Shown here piece by piece: positions 26,131 to 36,411 of a stretch of DNA of 64,000 bases. The stretch is from an uncultured bacterium. GTDB taxonomy: Bacteria; Armatimonadota; UBA5829. The position numbers and the translations under genes were made by a program. Location: NCBI GenBank assembly GCA_938074205.1, contig CALJES010000012.1, forward strand, positions 192,080-256,079, read 5' to 3'. Within the stretch, counting starts at the first letter, position 1; each line of letters begins with the position of its first letter. The notes under the pieces were generated by a model that was not told the origin of the DNA, made no database searches, and saw only the letters and a program-made list of their open reading frames with translations.

Positions 26131-28854
26131 CTAGGGAGCGAATGGGGTTATGACGTCGCCCTTGAACGTTTGCGGTGTGCCGAATCCGACGACACAGCTC
26201 TTTCTGCCCAGGGCAGCTATTCTAAGCGAAGGTTCCGGATTCGAAGCCAACACACGCACAACATCTCCCTCATAGATGACTTCCAAGCTTTTTAAAGGTT
26301 TGTCCGAAGACGCCAGGACGCGTCCCCGAAAGTTGAGCATTTTCCCCTCAACCCACGCGAAGCTGGACACTTTGTTGCTTTCGACTCTGACCACTGCGGC
26401 CGATCCTTCAAACCACAGTTGGTCAGTACCTACTGCGTTAAAGCAAACAAAGTCGGTGCCACGCCCTTCGGGTAAGTCCACTCTCCAGCCAGATTCACCT
26501 ATGGTGCTAATGCTAACCCGCGGTGGACGCCTTCCCTTGTATGGGAAGATTAGAGTGTGGAATTTGACCGGGAGCTCACATTTAGCGGAATACTTGAGCC
26601 CCTTGGCGGGATCAAGCTTCGCTTCTCCCACCGGCAGGCCGTAATCGTAGAGCTCCGACTTGAAATTTCCGTCAGCGCATAATTTGACGAGCACGTTCCC
26701 GTCAGGGTTTCGTGTAGAACACGTGTTTGTATGCGCGTCTAGCACAACTTCGCCGGGATTGAATGGAAAGCGAGTCGCGACTTCGTGTTCCCCACTTCCA
26801 CTAACCATATCTTGGAAGATCCAGTAGTCCGGTTTGACAAACACTATTCGACGGGTGTGTAGGATATCATCAGGTAAACCTTCATACCCGGTGTTAGTGC
26901 CCTCGAAGTAGTCCACTGTGCGCTGGCTAACCCACTTGTTGGTACCCATGTTACGGACTTTGGTGTCTGCGTCGTCTACCGTGACTGTGGCATGGTTTCG
27001 GGATTTATAAAGCTCCGAATGGTACTTCGTTCCATAAATGTAGCATCCTGGGTCCACTATCAGCTTCCGGCCGTATGCGTCAATCACCACTGAGAGCTCA
27101 TCGGCGTGGCCGTGACCCATGTCTTTACCGTTGTGAAGATTGAGGTATAAAGCCTCAGAAGACCAATCAGACCTCATAACCATCCAACCGCCTACGGGGA
27201 AGAAAGCCGAAGTCCCAAGCGGCCGCTTGCCTTGTTTGCCATTGGTTGCCACATATCGGAAGTCTTCACGACCGTAATAATCGGCACCCCACTCGAGTTG
27301 GGTTTTGCTTGATACATAGTTGAAGGTATCACCTCGACTGGGCAGCAGCCCGTCAGGTTCAGTGTTGTACATTAGGTACTCGAGAGTCTTTTCAACCCGT
27401 TTGACATACTTGGATTCTAGCGTTTTGTTAAGCTTCTTACACGTATCGAGAAGCGCCTTGTACCGGTTTATGATCAGCGTTGTGTAACCAAACGTGGGTT
27501 CCTGGACGGATCCATCAGCACGGCTGGTAGACCAGAGGTTGTTAATCATCTCCGTCACGCCCTGCTCGAACCATTCCTTGCTCTTAGCCAGTTCGGGATG
27601 GCGTTCCGCGAGAGAGTACAGCGCTGTCGTCATTTGAGACTCCCAGTTACCACCGCCTTTCTGAAGCGCCAAGACCTCCGCCATGTCCACCATGTTGAAA
27701 ATCCAAGCAGCTCGAATGTCGCGTGAGAAGTTGGGGGAGGCGTGCATGCCTGAGTAAGCCCACCATATTTGGTTCATACGAACACCAATCGACAGCCCTG
27801 CCCACATTGAGCCGCCTGCAATACCAGGCTCCGGTGCTGCGTTCACTCGTTTGTCGTCAGGCTTTATAACACCTGCTCTAAGTGGCGAGGGCATATCGTT
27901 GAGGAAATGGAACATAAACTCGTTGAAAGCCTTCGCGTACTTCTCATCGCCAGTGTTCAAATAAGCCGAACGGAAGTTCTTGAACAATCCGGTCCGGGTT
28001 AAACCTACTCCGCCACGAGTCGGCCATTCACGATAGTGATTCCAATTGGGACCCAAGTCGACTACAGTGCCCGCTGGATCCTTGTACTTCATCTCCAACA
28101 CGAGATCGTCCAGCGACGTATCATACTTGGGGTTCTTCTTAGGCTTGTCCTGCGGATTAACCAGATCCGTGCGCGACTCGTAGTATTTGATTAGCTCGTC
28201 GACTGCCTTGTCCCAGTCTTTTACGGCGACTGCTGCTTTGACCTTTTCCAGCCCTGGGTACTCCAAGTTCCAGCGCGAGAACCTGTCGGCGTAAGCGGCG
28301 TCTTTATCGAAGAGAGGTCTCGAATGAACCTCGAACCATATGTTGTTCTCGGCTGGCTTACCGCCCTCGTATGCTTGACCACCTTTGTACCTGCCGCCCA
28401 GAAAAATGCCCACGATCTGGCCGTCACCGCCATTGACTGTCAGCTCAAAGTAGTATTGCGTAGACGGTCGGACGGGAGCGTTGAGGGTGAACATAATCAC
28501 ACCGCCTTCCCAGGCTCGCCACTTGTAGGGCATTTCAGCTGAGGCAATCCGCTTCAATTTCTCGGGCGAATCCCACAGCGTAAGAACTAGTGATTCGTCC
28601 TCTGTCCAGCTAGTATGCCACCAGGCGTCAGCTATCGCTATGCGCGACACTTCTACTATGTTCGGCCCCGTAGTGAAGGTTTGACCAATGGAGTTCTCCC
28701 GTGTAATAGTTTTGAACTGCTTGTAGTTAACGGGTCCATTGGACACATCAAGAACCATATTGTTGAGAATCCTGTCGAGCACTTCACCACCAACACAAGA
28801 ACATGGGCTAATAGCCAACAGGAGAAGCGCTAGTGAAACGGTTACTCTTCTCAC
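26131..28854 (-). CDS. Secreted heparinase II/III-like polysaccharide lyase
   Basis: 907 aa with a signal peptide. Alpha/alpha-toroid region and HNGKDMGHGHADELSVVIDAYGRKLIVDPG (heparinase II/III signature), then a C-terminal beta-sandwich. Confidence 0.7.
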   Translation of the reverse strand: MRRVTVSLALLLLAISPCSCVGGEVLDRILNNMVLDVSNGPVNYKQFKTITRENSIGQTFTTGPNIVEVSRIAIADAWWHTSWTEDESLVLTLWDSPEKLKRIASAEMPYKWRAWEGGVIMFTLNAPVRPSTQYYFELTVNGGDGQIVGIFLGGRYKGGQAYEGGKPAENNIWFEVHSRPLFDKDAAYADRFSRWNLEYPGLEKVKAAVAVKDWDKAVDELIKYYESRTDLVNPQDKPKKNPKYDTSLDDLVLEMKYKDPAGTVVDLGPNWNHYREWPTRGGVGLTRTGLFKNFRSAYLNTGDEKYAKAFNEFMFHFLNDMPSPLRAGVIKPDDKRVNAAPEPGIAGGSMWAGLSIGVRMNQIWWAYSGMHASPNFSRDIRAAWIFNMVDMAEVLALQKGGGNWESQMTTALYSLAERHPELAKSKEWFEQGVTEMINNLWSTSRADGSVQEPTFGYTTLIINRYKALLDTCKKLNKTLESKYVKRVEKTLEYLMYNTEPDGLLPSRGDTFNYVSSKTQLEWGADYYGREDFRYVATNGKQGKRPLGTSAFFPVGGWMVMRSDWSSEALYLNLHNGKDMGHGHADELSVVIDAYGRKLIVDPGCYIYGTKYHSELYKSRNHATVTVDDADTKVRNMGTNKWVSQRTVDYFEGTNTGYEGLPDDILHTRRIVFVKPDYWIFQDMVSGSGEHEVATRFPFNPGEVVLDAHTNTCSTRNPDGNVLVKLCADGNFKSELYDYGLPVGEAKLDPAKGLKYSAKCELPVKFHTLIFPYKGRRPPRVSISTIGESGWRVDLPEGRGTDFVCFNAVGTDQLWFEGSAAVVRVESNKVSSFAWVEGKMLNFRGRVLASSDKPLKSLEVIYEGDVVRVLASNPEPSLRIAALGRKSCVVGFGTPQTFKGDVITPFAP

Positions 28855-29015
28855 GTAAAACCTCCGTAGAAGTATGATATGCTATAACAATATAGCACTG
28901 ACCTATCATCATCGCAATCCGACCTGAGCCAGAGCAAGTGCGCGGTGAATATGGCTGAGGCATCCTTAAAACCGCAATGTCCGACGGAAAGCTTAGGCCA
29001 GTCTACTGCGCGACT

Positions 29016-29957
29016 TCAGTAATCAAGCCTCTTGGCTAGTTCAGCGAGTCCCTCAGCAAGTCTAGGACCGGCGCGCGTCATAAGATCGCTTTTGATTACG
29101 TAGACTCGCCTGTTCTTTACGGCATTGGTGACTTTCCACTCTCTGCTCTTGAGGAAGTAATCGGCGTCGGACTTGGTTCCGACAATGATAACATCGGGAT
29201 TGCGGGCGATTGCGAGTTCCTTCGAGAACGTGACAAATCCGAGACGTGCATCGAACGCGACATTTGATGCGTGCACAAGTCTGATCATCTCATCGACAAA
29301 CGTCTTCGGACCAGCTACCCACAGCGGATTGGACTGAATGACTACCAGTACCTTGCGCGGTGGACGTTTAGCGCAGGAGGCACTAATACGTTTGATAGTC
29401 GTTTCCAGCTTCGACGCGACCTTTTCGGCTGTTCGAGGTCTTCCCGTTATCTTGCCTATCGTGCGTATGTCTCTGGCAATCTCGCCTAGAGTTCGGGGAT
29501 TAACTGCAAACACGGTCAAACCAAGCTTTTCAAGCCGGAGAATAGCGGTATCGTTAAGAACAGCATGTGCCAGAACGAGGTCCGGCTTGAGCGCAACTAC
29601 GGCCTCTGTGTTGATTTGGGCGTCTCCTATCTTGGTTTTCTTGGCGGCATCGGGCGGATAATTGCAGTATTTGGTGACACCGACAACCTTATTGCCCAAC
29701 CCGATAGCATATAGTATCTCAGTATTGCTTGGCGCAAGAGACACTATTCTCACAGGCTTTCGGCGTATTACAACAAGTTCGCCCCGCGAGTCCCGCACCC
29801 GCAGTGGAAAACCAGCTGAGCACGCACACATGGACGATAGCGTGAAAAGAAAAGCCAGCGCCAGCAAATACCGCGTAAATCGCTCCTTTCGGCCCGCAGT
29901 GATAACCCGTCTGTCAAGCCTCAATGCGTTACTAACTCGAACCACCGGCTTCTTCAT
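29016..29957 (-). CDS. ABC-transporter periplasmic substrate-binding protein, BtuF/FecB (cluster A/type III) family
   Basis: IVSLAPSNTEILYAIGLGNKVVGVTKYCNYP and a later two-lobe architecture typical of cobalamin/siderophore binders. Confidence 0.7.
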   Translation of the reverse strand: MKKPVVRVSNALRLDRRVITAGRKERFTRYLLALAFLFTLSSMCACSAGFPLRVRDSRGELVVIRRKPVRIVSLAPSNTEILYAIGLGNKVVGVTKYCNYPPDAAKKTKIGDAQINTEAVVALKPDLVLAHAVLNDTAILRLEKLGLTVFAVNPRTLGEIARDIRTIGKITGRPRTAEKVASKLETTIKRISASCAKRPPRKVLVVIQSNPLWVAGPKTFVDEMIRLVHASNVAFDARLGFVTFSKELAIARNPDVIIVGTKSDADYFLKSREWKVTNAVKNRRVYVIKSDLMTRAGPRLAEGLAELAKRLDY

Positions 29958-30699
29958 CTGCCTTGTTTGCCTTTCTTAGTGCAAGTTTCCTGAGTTTTGC
30001 TACCTCTTTCTTAGTTAGGTACCTATGTTCACCTTCAGGAAGATCCTTGATATCCAGCGTGCCGAACCGAGTGCGCACCAACTTGACCACACGATGACCC
30101 ACCGCCTGAAACATCCTTTTCACTTGTCGCTTGCGACCTTCGTGAATCGTGATCTCGACTCTGCTCGTGTTCTCTCGGGGCGAGTAGGAAAGCAACCGAA
30201 CTGTGGCTGGCGCTGTCGGTCCGTCATCGAGTTCAACACCTCGTGACAAGCGATCCAGGGCATCTCGGGTTATTCGCCCATTGACTGTAACTTCGTAAGT
30301 CTTTTCCACCTCATACGAAGGATGAGTCAACATATTGGCGAGCTCGCCGTCATTGGTAAGAAGCAGCGCTCCTGAGGCGTCCTTGTCCAAACGCCCAACC
30401 GGATACAAGTATCCCTGAACTTCGTCCACGATCTCCATAACCGTATGCTCAGCAAATCGGTCGAAACGAGTGCTTGTGTATCCCGCAGGCTTGTTGAGAA
30501 GGATGTATATTTTGTCTTGGGTGGCGTCGATCTGTTTGCCGTCGATGGTTATGATATCTTTATCCGGATCTGCCTTGGCTCCCAGAGTCGTAACAACTTT
30601 GCCGTTGACTGCAACCCTACCAGAAGCGATCAAGCCTTCGCAGTGGCGTCGTGAACCTACGCCTGCGGCTGCGAGTATTTTTTGCAATCGCTGTTCCAT
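29932..30699 (-). CDS. rluB: rRNA pseudouridine synthase, RsuA/RluB family (S4 domain + catalytic domain)
   Basis: MEQRLQKILAAAGVGSRRHCEGLIASGRVAVNGKVV (S4) and catalytic GRLDKDASGALLLTNDGELA. Confidence 0.8.
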   Translation of the reverse strand: MEQRLQKILAAAGVGSRRHCEGLIASGRVAVNGKVVTTLGAKADPDKDIITIDGKQIDATQDKIYILLNKPAGYTSTRFDRFAEHTVMEIVDEVQGYLYPVGRLDKDASGALLLTNDGELANMLTHPSYEVEKTYEVTVNGRITRDALDRLSRGVELDDGPTAPATVRLLSYSPRENTSRVEITIHEGRKRQVKRMFQAVGHRVVKLVRTRFGTLDIKDLPEGEHRYLTKKEVAKLRKLALRKANKADEEAGGSS

Positions 30700-32044
30700 A
30701 TGCCCCTAAGACGACCACACCGACGAATAATGTACCCCTCTTTGCCCAAAACCAAGCGCGCCGCACCCAGCTCATCCCCACGTCTCGTGCGCACTTGAGT
30801 TCCATACTCACCGCCGGGCTGCCGTTTACCAATATCGTTATAGTCCCCGCCTTCGTGCCTGCTTTGACGGGCGCCTCAAGTTCTGTCGATCTTACCGTTG
30901 CGACAATTCTGGCGCCCGATTTGGGAACGATGACACGAACATCCCGAACTGGTGCTAACGGCACCTCAGCTGAATTTCCCCCTCGAACTTGTGTATACGC
31001 ACACGGTACTCCCGACCTTGCGACTGTGTAAGGTTCGAACGCTGAAAACCCGTAATCCAAAATAGCTGCCATGTCGCGGCCCGCATTGTCGCTCTTAAGG
31101 ACAGCGCATACTAGTCGCCAGCCGTCCCGCACTGCTGTTCCGACAAGGCAATATCCGGCCTGTTTCACATAACCGGACTTCGCTCCTTCCGCCCAAGGGT
31201 AATCATTCAGAAACTTGCAGCGCGAGAATACGACCAGGTCTTTCCGATTGACAGTCCTGCTGTTCAGAACGTACTTACGCGTTTTGACGGCCTCCCTAAA
31301 AATGGGGTATCTCAATGCGTATCGATGTATTAGGCACAGGTCATATGCTGTTGAATAGTGGTTCTTGTCGTAAAGTCCGTTTGGGGTGACGAAGTGCGTA
31401 TTCTTGCACCCGATCTCTCGTGCCTTCATGTTCATAAGCGCGGCGAATTTGGCAGTAGACCCAGCTATGTGTTCGGCTGCGGCAACGGCGGCGTCATTTG
31501 CCGATCGTATCATCATAGCCATCAGTAGGTCCTTAGCCGTAATCTCTTCGCCTGGCTTGAGGTGAATAGAGGTGTAGGGGGTCTCTGAGGCTTTTCGGGA
31601 CACCTTGACCCTATCGGCCATACCGCAGTTTTCGATCAGAAGAATAGCGGTCATCACCTTCGTAGTGCTTGCGTTAGGTCTCCTGACGTGTGGATTCCTC
31701 GAATAGATCAACTGTCCCGTGTCGCCGTCCATAAGTGCGAAGCTTGCAGCCCTTACGCTGGGCTTAGGAACAGGATTTGCCAGAGATGGTTTGACGTCAA
31801 TCACGCGAGGTATTAACAAGTTGTTTTCTCTATGCGTAGCACTCCCGCGTTGCTGCACCTCGTGGGCTTTTTTTGGAGGTTGCTCAAGAGGAGAACTCCT
31901 ATCCTCAAGGCGGAATACGAGAACCCCGTCTTCGGCAGCCCACGCGCAAGAGGTCAGGAATATCCCGAGAACGGACGTGACTGAAATAGTCAAGGCAACT
32001 GCACGACACGCCCATGTTCTCACGTGAAAATTAGGAGTCTTCAT
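30617..32044 (-). CDS. dacA: D-alanyl-D-alanine carboxypeptidase (PBP5/6, S11) with a C-terminal extension; ATG 32044 taken as the start (ORF track extends to 32161)
   Basis: Signal peptide MKTPNFHVRTWACRAVALTISVTSVLG. SxxK motif NASTTKVMTA, SxN (RSAND) and KTG-like (KSGY) motifs. Confidence 0.75.
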   Translation of the reverse strand: MKTPNFHVRTWACRAVALTISVTSVLGIFLTSCAWAAEDGVLVFRLEDRSSPLEQPPKKAHEVQQRGSATHRENNLLIPRVIDVKPSLANPVPKPSVRAASFALMDGDTGQLIYSRNPHVRRPNASTTKVMTAILLIENCGMADRVKVSRKASETPYTSIHLKPGEEITAKDLLMAMMIRSANDAAVAAAEHIAGSTAKFAALMNMKAREIGCKNTHFVTPNGLYDKNHYSTAYDLCLIHRYALRYPIFREAVKTRKYVLNSRTVNRKDLVVFSRCKFLNDYPWAEGAKSGYVKQAGYCLVGTAVRDGWRLVCAVLKSDNAGRDMAAILDYGFSAFEPYTVARSGVPCAYTQVRGGNSAEVPLAPVRDVRVIVPKSGARIVATVRSTELEAPVKAGTKAGTITILVNGSPAVSMELKCARDVGMSWVRRAWFWAKRGTLFVGVVVLGAYGTAIAKNTRSRRRRFTTPLRRLDRFW

Positions 32045-32822
32045 CGCTATTAGGCAATATCTCAATATCGCAGTCATCTGTATTGTGCAGCTGCTGGCGT
32101 CGTTCGGCTTCTTGCAGGGCCTCGCGCTTGGCTTGAAGCGCTTTGCTCTCATCGCTGGCAAAAGCTTCTATATCTGGCAGTTCTGAAATATCATTGAGCC
32201 CGAAGTACTGCAGGAACTCAGGAGTCGTAACGTAGAGTATGGGTCTTCCCGGAGCTTGCTTTCTTCCAGCTTCTTTTATTATACAGCGATCAAGCAAGGT
32301 CTTAATAACCCCATCTACGCTTACCCCTCGAACTGCCTCGATTTCCGGCTGCGTGCATGGCTGCCGGTAGGCAATGATCGCCAGCGTCTCAAGAGCCGCT
32401 TTGGAAAGTTTCTTGCGTGCAGGCTGGAGAATCGCTGAGCAGTATTCAGCGTATTCTGGCCTAGTACACAACTGGTATCCGCCGGCTATCCTCATCAATT
32501 GCAGACCACTCGTAGCATCTAACCGCTGTTCCAGAGCAGATAGCGCCTGCTCCACTTTTTTCGGTTCGATCTGTAGTGCCTCCGCAAGCTGTTGGAGATT
32601 GAGAGGTTCTGTCGACACGAATAGCATACACTCAATAGCCCGCTGTAGGTCCGAACAGCTGTAAAGCTGCCTTGCCTGGGCCACGACACTTCCCGGTACG
32701 ACCTCAGCGATTTCAGAAACCGGCGCTTCAGAAAGTGGCTGCACTGACACTATTTCCACCACATCATTCTGGTTGGCTGTTTTGTTTCTCTGATCCGTCA
32801 TACTTATTGCCACTCGCAACAA
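32031..32822 (-). CDS. scpB: Segregation and condensation protein B
   Basis: LQRAIECMLFVSTEPLNLQQLAEAL and tandem winged-helix repeats; downstream of scpA. Confidence 0.8.
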   Translation of the reverse strand: MLRVAISMTDQRNKTANQNDVVEIVSVQPLSEAPVSEIAEVVPGSVVAQARQLYSCSDLQRAIECMLFVSTEPLNLQQLAEALQIEPKKVEQALSALEQRLDATSGLQLMRIAGGYQLCTRPEYAEYCSAILQPARKKLSKAALETLAIIAYRQPCTQPEIEAVRGVSVDGVIKTLLDRCIIKEAGRKQAPGRPILYVTTPEFLQYFGLNDISELPDIEAFASDESKALQAKREALQEAERRQQLHNTDDCDIEILPNSDEDS

Positions 32823-33549
32823 TAGTTATGGGACCAAAAGCGTATTCCTGATGAGCGCGCACTCGGCGTGCAACCATCAGCTCGAGCAGTGCAAGGAATG
32901 TTATCACTACCTCCGGCCTAGTCGCGTCTTGTTCGAAGAGCTCGTGAAAAGTCAGCTTTCCTCCCGCCTGAACCAACCGTTGCCAGATCTCCCGCATCCT
33001 CATTCGGACTGTGATCTTGCGGCGTTGAACAGTGGTTACATCCTCCTCCGCCACATCTGCAAGTATCCGCTGCAGAGTAGCCAGCAGGTCGGCCACAGTA
33101 ATATCCTCAAGGGACAGTATAGGTTTTAAATCAAAGTCGGGATCTGCGTTCCCCCGAACAAAAACCTTTGAGCGCTCTTCTTCCCTTTCTCTGAAGTGTT
33201 CAGCTGCGCTCTTGAACTTCTCATATTCTATAAGCCGCTCGACTAGTTCTGCACGAGGGTCATCTTTTTCGTCCTCGTCTTCTTCGTTCGCAGTATCTTG
33301 GGGCAGCAGCATGCGCGATTTTATCTCCAGGAGCGTTGCTGCCATTACAAGCCATTCCCCGGCGATTTCAAGATCCAGCTGTTCCATCAGGTGCAAGTAT
33401 GCCAGATATTGCTCGGTAATCTTGGCAATAGGAATATCATAGATGTTGATCTTTTGCTCCCGTATCAAGTGAAGCAGTAGGTCAAGCGGACCCTCGTAGA
33501 TTCCAATCGCTACCTTATATGGGCTATGTCCCGCTTCGACTGAACTCAA
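32764..33549 (-). CDS. scpA: Segregation and condensation protein A
   Basis: YKVAIGIYEGPLDLLLHLIREQKINIYDIPIAKITEQYLAYL is the ScpA kleisin N-terminus. Confidence 0.8.
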   Translation of the reverse strand: MSSVEAGHSPYKVAIGIYEGPLDLLLHLIREQKINIYDIPIAKITEQYLAYLHLMEQLDLEIAGEWLVMAATLLEIKSRMLLPQDTANEEDEDEKDDPRAELVERLIEYEKFKSAAEHFREREEERSKVFVRGNADPDFDLKPILSLEDITVADLLATLQRILADVAEEDVTTVQRRKITVRMRMREIWQRLVQAGGKLTFHELFEQDATRPEVVITFLALLELMVARRVRAHQEYAFGPITIVASGNKYDGSEKQNSQPE

Positions 33550-33962
33550 CTCTCATACTCTGCCAAGAAATGAATCGGGAGCTGTAAGCTTGGCCTGATA
33601 GCGAAATAAACCAAATGCGATTTGCACCCACAGTCGCTGCAACCAAACCCGACCGCTGGAACTTCGGCGCCAGGAATGGCCAGGGTTTGACGATTAAGTT
33701 CGCATTCCTCGCGAACGAGACTTTCCTTTATAGCATAGCCGATAATACAAGCTCGCTCAAGAAGATAGTCAATGTGCCAGTGAGCTCTTTTTCGTCGGCG
33801 CAAGTGTCGTCCAACGCGGTTTTCTATTCCACTCAACGCAGAACCGGTGTATACGTAGTAGCCTGCTGGGAATAGAAAAGTGCCAAGCCGGCCGACTGCA
33901 ATGATTTGATCCTTTCTTAGCTCGACAAGGAGTTGGTATGCACCGCGCTTCATCTGCGCCAC
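33546..33962 (-). CDS. GIY-YIG superfamily DUF123-like protein
   Basis: YQLLVELRKDQIIAVGRLGTFLFPAGYYVYTGSA..RVGRHLRR matches the DUF123 pattern. Overlaps scpA by 4 nt and the upstream GH-like gene by 13 nt. Confidence 0.5.
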   Translation of the reverse strand: MAQMKRGAYQLLVELRKDQIIAVGRLGTFLFPAGYYVYTGSALSGIENRVGRHLRRRKRAHWHIDYLLERACIIGYAIKESLVREECELNRQTLAIPGAEVPAVGFGCSDCGCKSHLVYFAIRPSLQLPIHFLAEYES

Positions 33963-35602
33963 ACATGTGCCAACTGCTGCCAGTCGTCCTCGACAATTAG
34001 CTCACCAGTCGGATGAAGTGCACTCAGGTAATAGAGACTCGGCACACCCAAAGACGGTTGGAGCTTCATATACTCAAGCCATTCCTTATGAGTGGTTGCG
34101 CTGGAATTGTCGCAGTCGATTAGTGCGTGCGGACATGCTATCTTCGCAATCTTCTGGCGGTGGATCATCATATCGCAAAGCTCGCGAGTGCTGGGGTGAA
34201 TATCGTTTAAGCGAATCATGTCGGTGCATTCGGCAAAGTATGGATTCGCGGTATGAGTAATGATGAGCGCGTCCGGCTTGACCGATTTCGCGCACTCGTA
34301 GAAGAGCTTCGTGTAAGTCTTGAGCAGTTCGATACCCCACTGATTACCGTGTGTCTTAAGCGCTGGATCGATAGGCATACCCGTCCAGTCGTACTTTATC
34401 CCGTCGGCATTGTAGCATCCATGTTCATCGGAGAGCATCCTACTCAGCATTTCTTGAAGGCGCACCTGGTACTTGGGACTTGTCGGGTCGCAAGCTTGTG
34501 GACGACCCTGCGGGTCAACCAGACACTCGTCATTGTCGAGCCCTTCGGGAGACCACGCACCATACCATAGCAAAACCTTTCTGCCTTCCGCGTGTCTGGC
34601 ATCAATCCAGCCTCTCAAGTCAGGCCATTTCTCATCATCGACCTCGCAGGTGCCGTAGAGTTTTTGCCACTTGTCGTCGATGATTATTGTTCCGGGCGAT
34701 AGGTTTAGGGTTCGAATAGTGTCAAGAAACCGGTTATATACTTCTTGAGTGGCGAAATCCTGCGGCCGTTTTGCAAACCTGTTAGCGAGAACGTTTTGCT
34801 CACCCCATCCGCAGAAAATAGGTCTGGACCACCAATCGGCCTTGCTGTATTGGTTTTCTTCAACTATTTTCCAAGCACGCAGCGTGTCACAATACTTGCC
34901 TATAGCTTGGTACTCATCTGCTGCAGGACGAAAAACGAAAGCCGGTGCATCCCACACGCCGTTAGCTTTGGTTCTGCCGTCGCATGTGATCCGAAAACAG
35001 AACTCCCATACTCTCGGGCGATATTCGAAGCGCGTGAAGTTGTACTCGCTGGGCTTCGGTGCAACTCCGGCGCCAAGCCAAGGTCCCGAACTGAACCCCA
35101 AGCTAAAACACAGCGGCGGAGGGGTGAATATCCAGTGGTTATTGGCGTTCTCGTCTACGGGGAACTCGGACATCTGCCCCTGGGTAGCGTCTATGCAGCC
35201 GTATTGCATCGACTTCCAGTACCGTTGGTCCAGCAGAGAACATTCAGGCGTGAAAAATCTTGAGAAGTCAAAAAAAGACCATTTGCCGCGATATGTGAAG
35301 AAGCGCACGTCGTCGATATTGCTTTTTCCTTTTACACGAACACGATACACAATCGCATCGGGTTCAAACCGCCAATGGTACGACTTGCTTTCCCACACGC
35401 TACTTCTTGTTGTCCACACCATCTCGACCCCGTCTTCGTAACGGCTGATTTCAGGTCCGGACAACGACTCGTCACAGTCTTCTTGTTCCACTGCGTTGAT
35501 GGCTGTAGCTGCCTGCAACATGAGGTAGCGGCGATCGTTGAGAAAAAGTGCTATGCTGTTCCTATCGATTTGTGCGCTGTAGGAACCCTGATCTATTCTC
35601 AA
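33950..35602 (-). CDS. Putative TIM-barrel glycoside hydrolase, clan GH-D-like (GH36/GH31-related)
   Basis: 550 aa; IIIDDKWQ resembles the GH-D catalytic-region motif (DDGW). Family assignment is uncertain. Confidence 0.35.
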   Translation of the reverse strand: MRIDQGSYSAQIDRNSIALFLNDRRYLMLQAATAINAVEQEDCDESLSGPEISRYEDGVEMVWTTRSSVWESKSYHWRFEPDAIVYRVRVKGKSNIDDVRFFTYRGKWSFFDFSRFFTPECSLLDQRYWKSMQYGCIDATQGQMSEFPVDENANNHWIFTPPPLCFSLGFSSGPWLGAGVAPKPSEYNFTRFEYRPRVWEFCFRITCDGRTKANGVWDAPAFVFRPAADEYQAIGKYCDTLRAWKIVEENQYSKADWWSRPIFCGWGEQNVLANRFAKRPQDFATQEVYNRFLDTIRTLNLSPGTIIIDDKWQKLYGTCEVDDEKWPDLRGWIDARHAEGRKVLLWYGAWSPEGLDNDECLVDPQGRPQACDPTSPKYQVRLQEMLSRMLSDEHGCYNADGIKYDWTGMPIDPALKTHGNQWGIELLKTYTKLFYECAKSVKPDALIITHTANPYFAECTDMIRLNDIHPSTRELCDMMIHRQKIAKIACPHALIDCDNSSATTHKEWLEYMKLQPSLGVPSLYYLSALHPTGELIVEDDWQQLAHVWRR

Positions 35603-35785
35603 GATTCACCCTCCCGGTGCGACACTAGCATCTCATTCTATACTCCGGCGCCCATATCCTTTCGCGTACCCTACGCCTGGAGGTTGTGAGGACAGGGTAG
35701 ATCAACTCGCGAACCTTTGGCCTGTACATGCCAGAAATCTTGACGCAAAAGTGATTAAGCAGCCAATTCAGACTGAACTTCTCCG

Positions 35786-36409
35786 CTAGCTCATCAACAA
35801 ACGCAACAGCATGCGGGCCGGCGGTCCTATCAGTCTGGGCAGCACGTCAGGAGCGAGGAATATGAGTGCCAGGAAAATCAACAGACCATAACGAGCCATG
35901 AACCGTTTGTAAGACCAAGCAAGCTCATAGGGTAGCAGCGCCGAAACGATGTGATGACCATCCAAAGGCGCAACCGGCAGCAGGTTGAAAAGAGCCAAGC
36001 CGATGTTTATCGCGGCAAGCAACCAAAAGAAGTACTCGACCTGAGCAGGGAGCAAGTGATTAGTGTATCTGTAGAAGAGTCCAACCGCTCCAGCGGTCAG
36101 CAGGTTCGAGAGCGGACCCCAAAGAGATACACGCAGGTTATCCCATCTCGGATGCCTGAAATTCCTAGGATTAATTTGCACTGGTTTGCCCCATCCTATT
36201 CCAAAGCCGGAGATGGATGAAACTACCATCATAATGGTTCCCATAGGGTCAAGGTGGTCTATGGGATTAATCGAAATCCGACCTTGCAGGCGGGGCGTGT
36301 CGTCACCTGCTCTATAAGCAGCGTAGGCGTGGGCAAACTCGTGTATGGTGATGCATATCACCAGAGCCGCCATCGACAAAGCGAATTCGTATAAATTGAA
36401 CCCGCCCAC
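35786..36409 (-). CDS. M50-family (site-2-protease-like) membrane metallopeptidase
   Basis: HEFAHAYAAYRAGDD (HExxH) in the first TM helix, a multi-TM architecture and a later LDG motif. Confidence 0.7.
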   Translation of the reverse strand: MGGFNLYEFALSMAALVICITIHEFAHAYAAYRAGDDTPRLQGRISINPIDHLDPMGTIMMVVSSISGFGIGWGKPVQINPRNFRHPRWDNLRVSLWGPLSNLLTAGAVGLFYRYTNHLLPAQVEYFFWLLAAINIGLALFNLLPVAPLDGHHIVSALLPYELAWSYKRFMARYGLLIFLALIFLAPDVLPRLIGPPARMLLRLLMS

Positions 36410-36411
36410 GG

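Noticed and set aside
32031-32161. 131-nt overlap between dacA-like ORF (track start 32161) and scpB
   Set aside because: ATG 32044 gives a canonical signal peptide (MKTPNFHVRTW..) and removes the overlap, so the longer ORF-track N-terminus is an over-extension.
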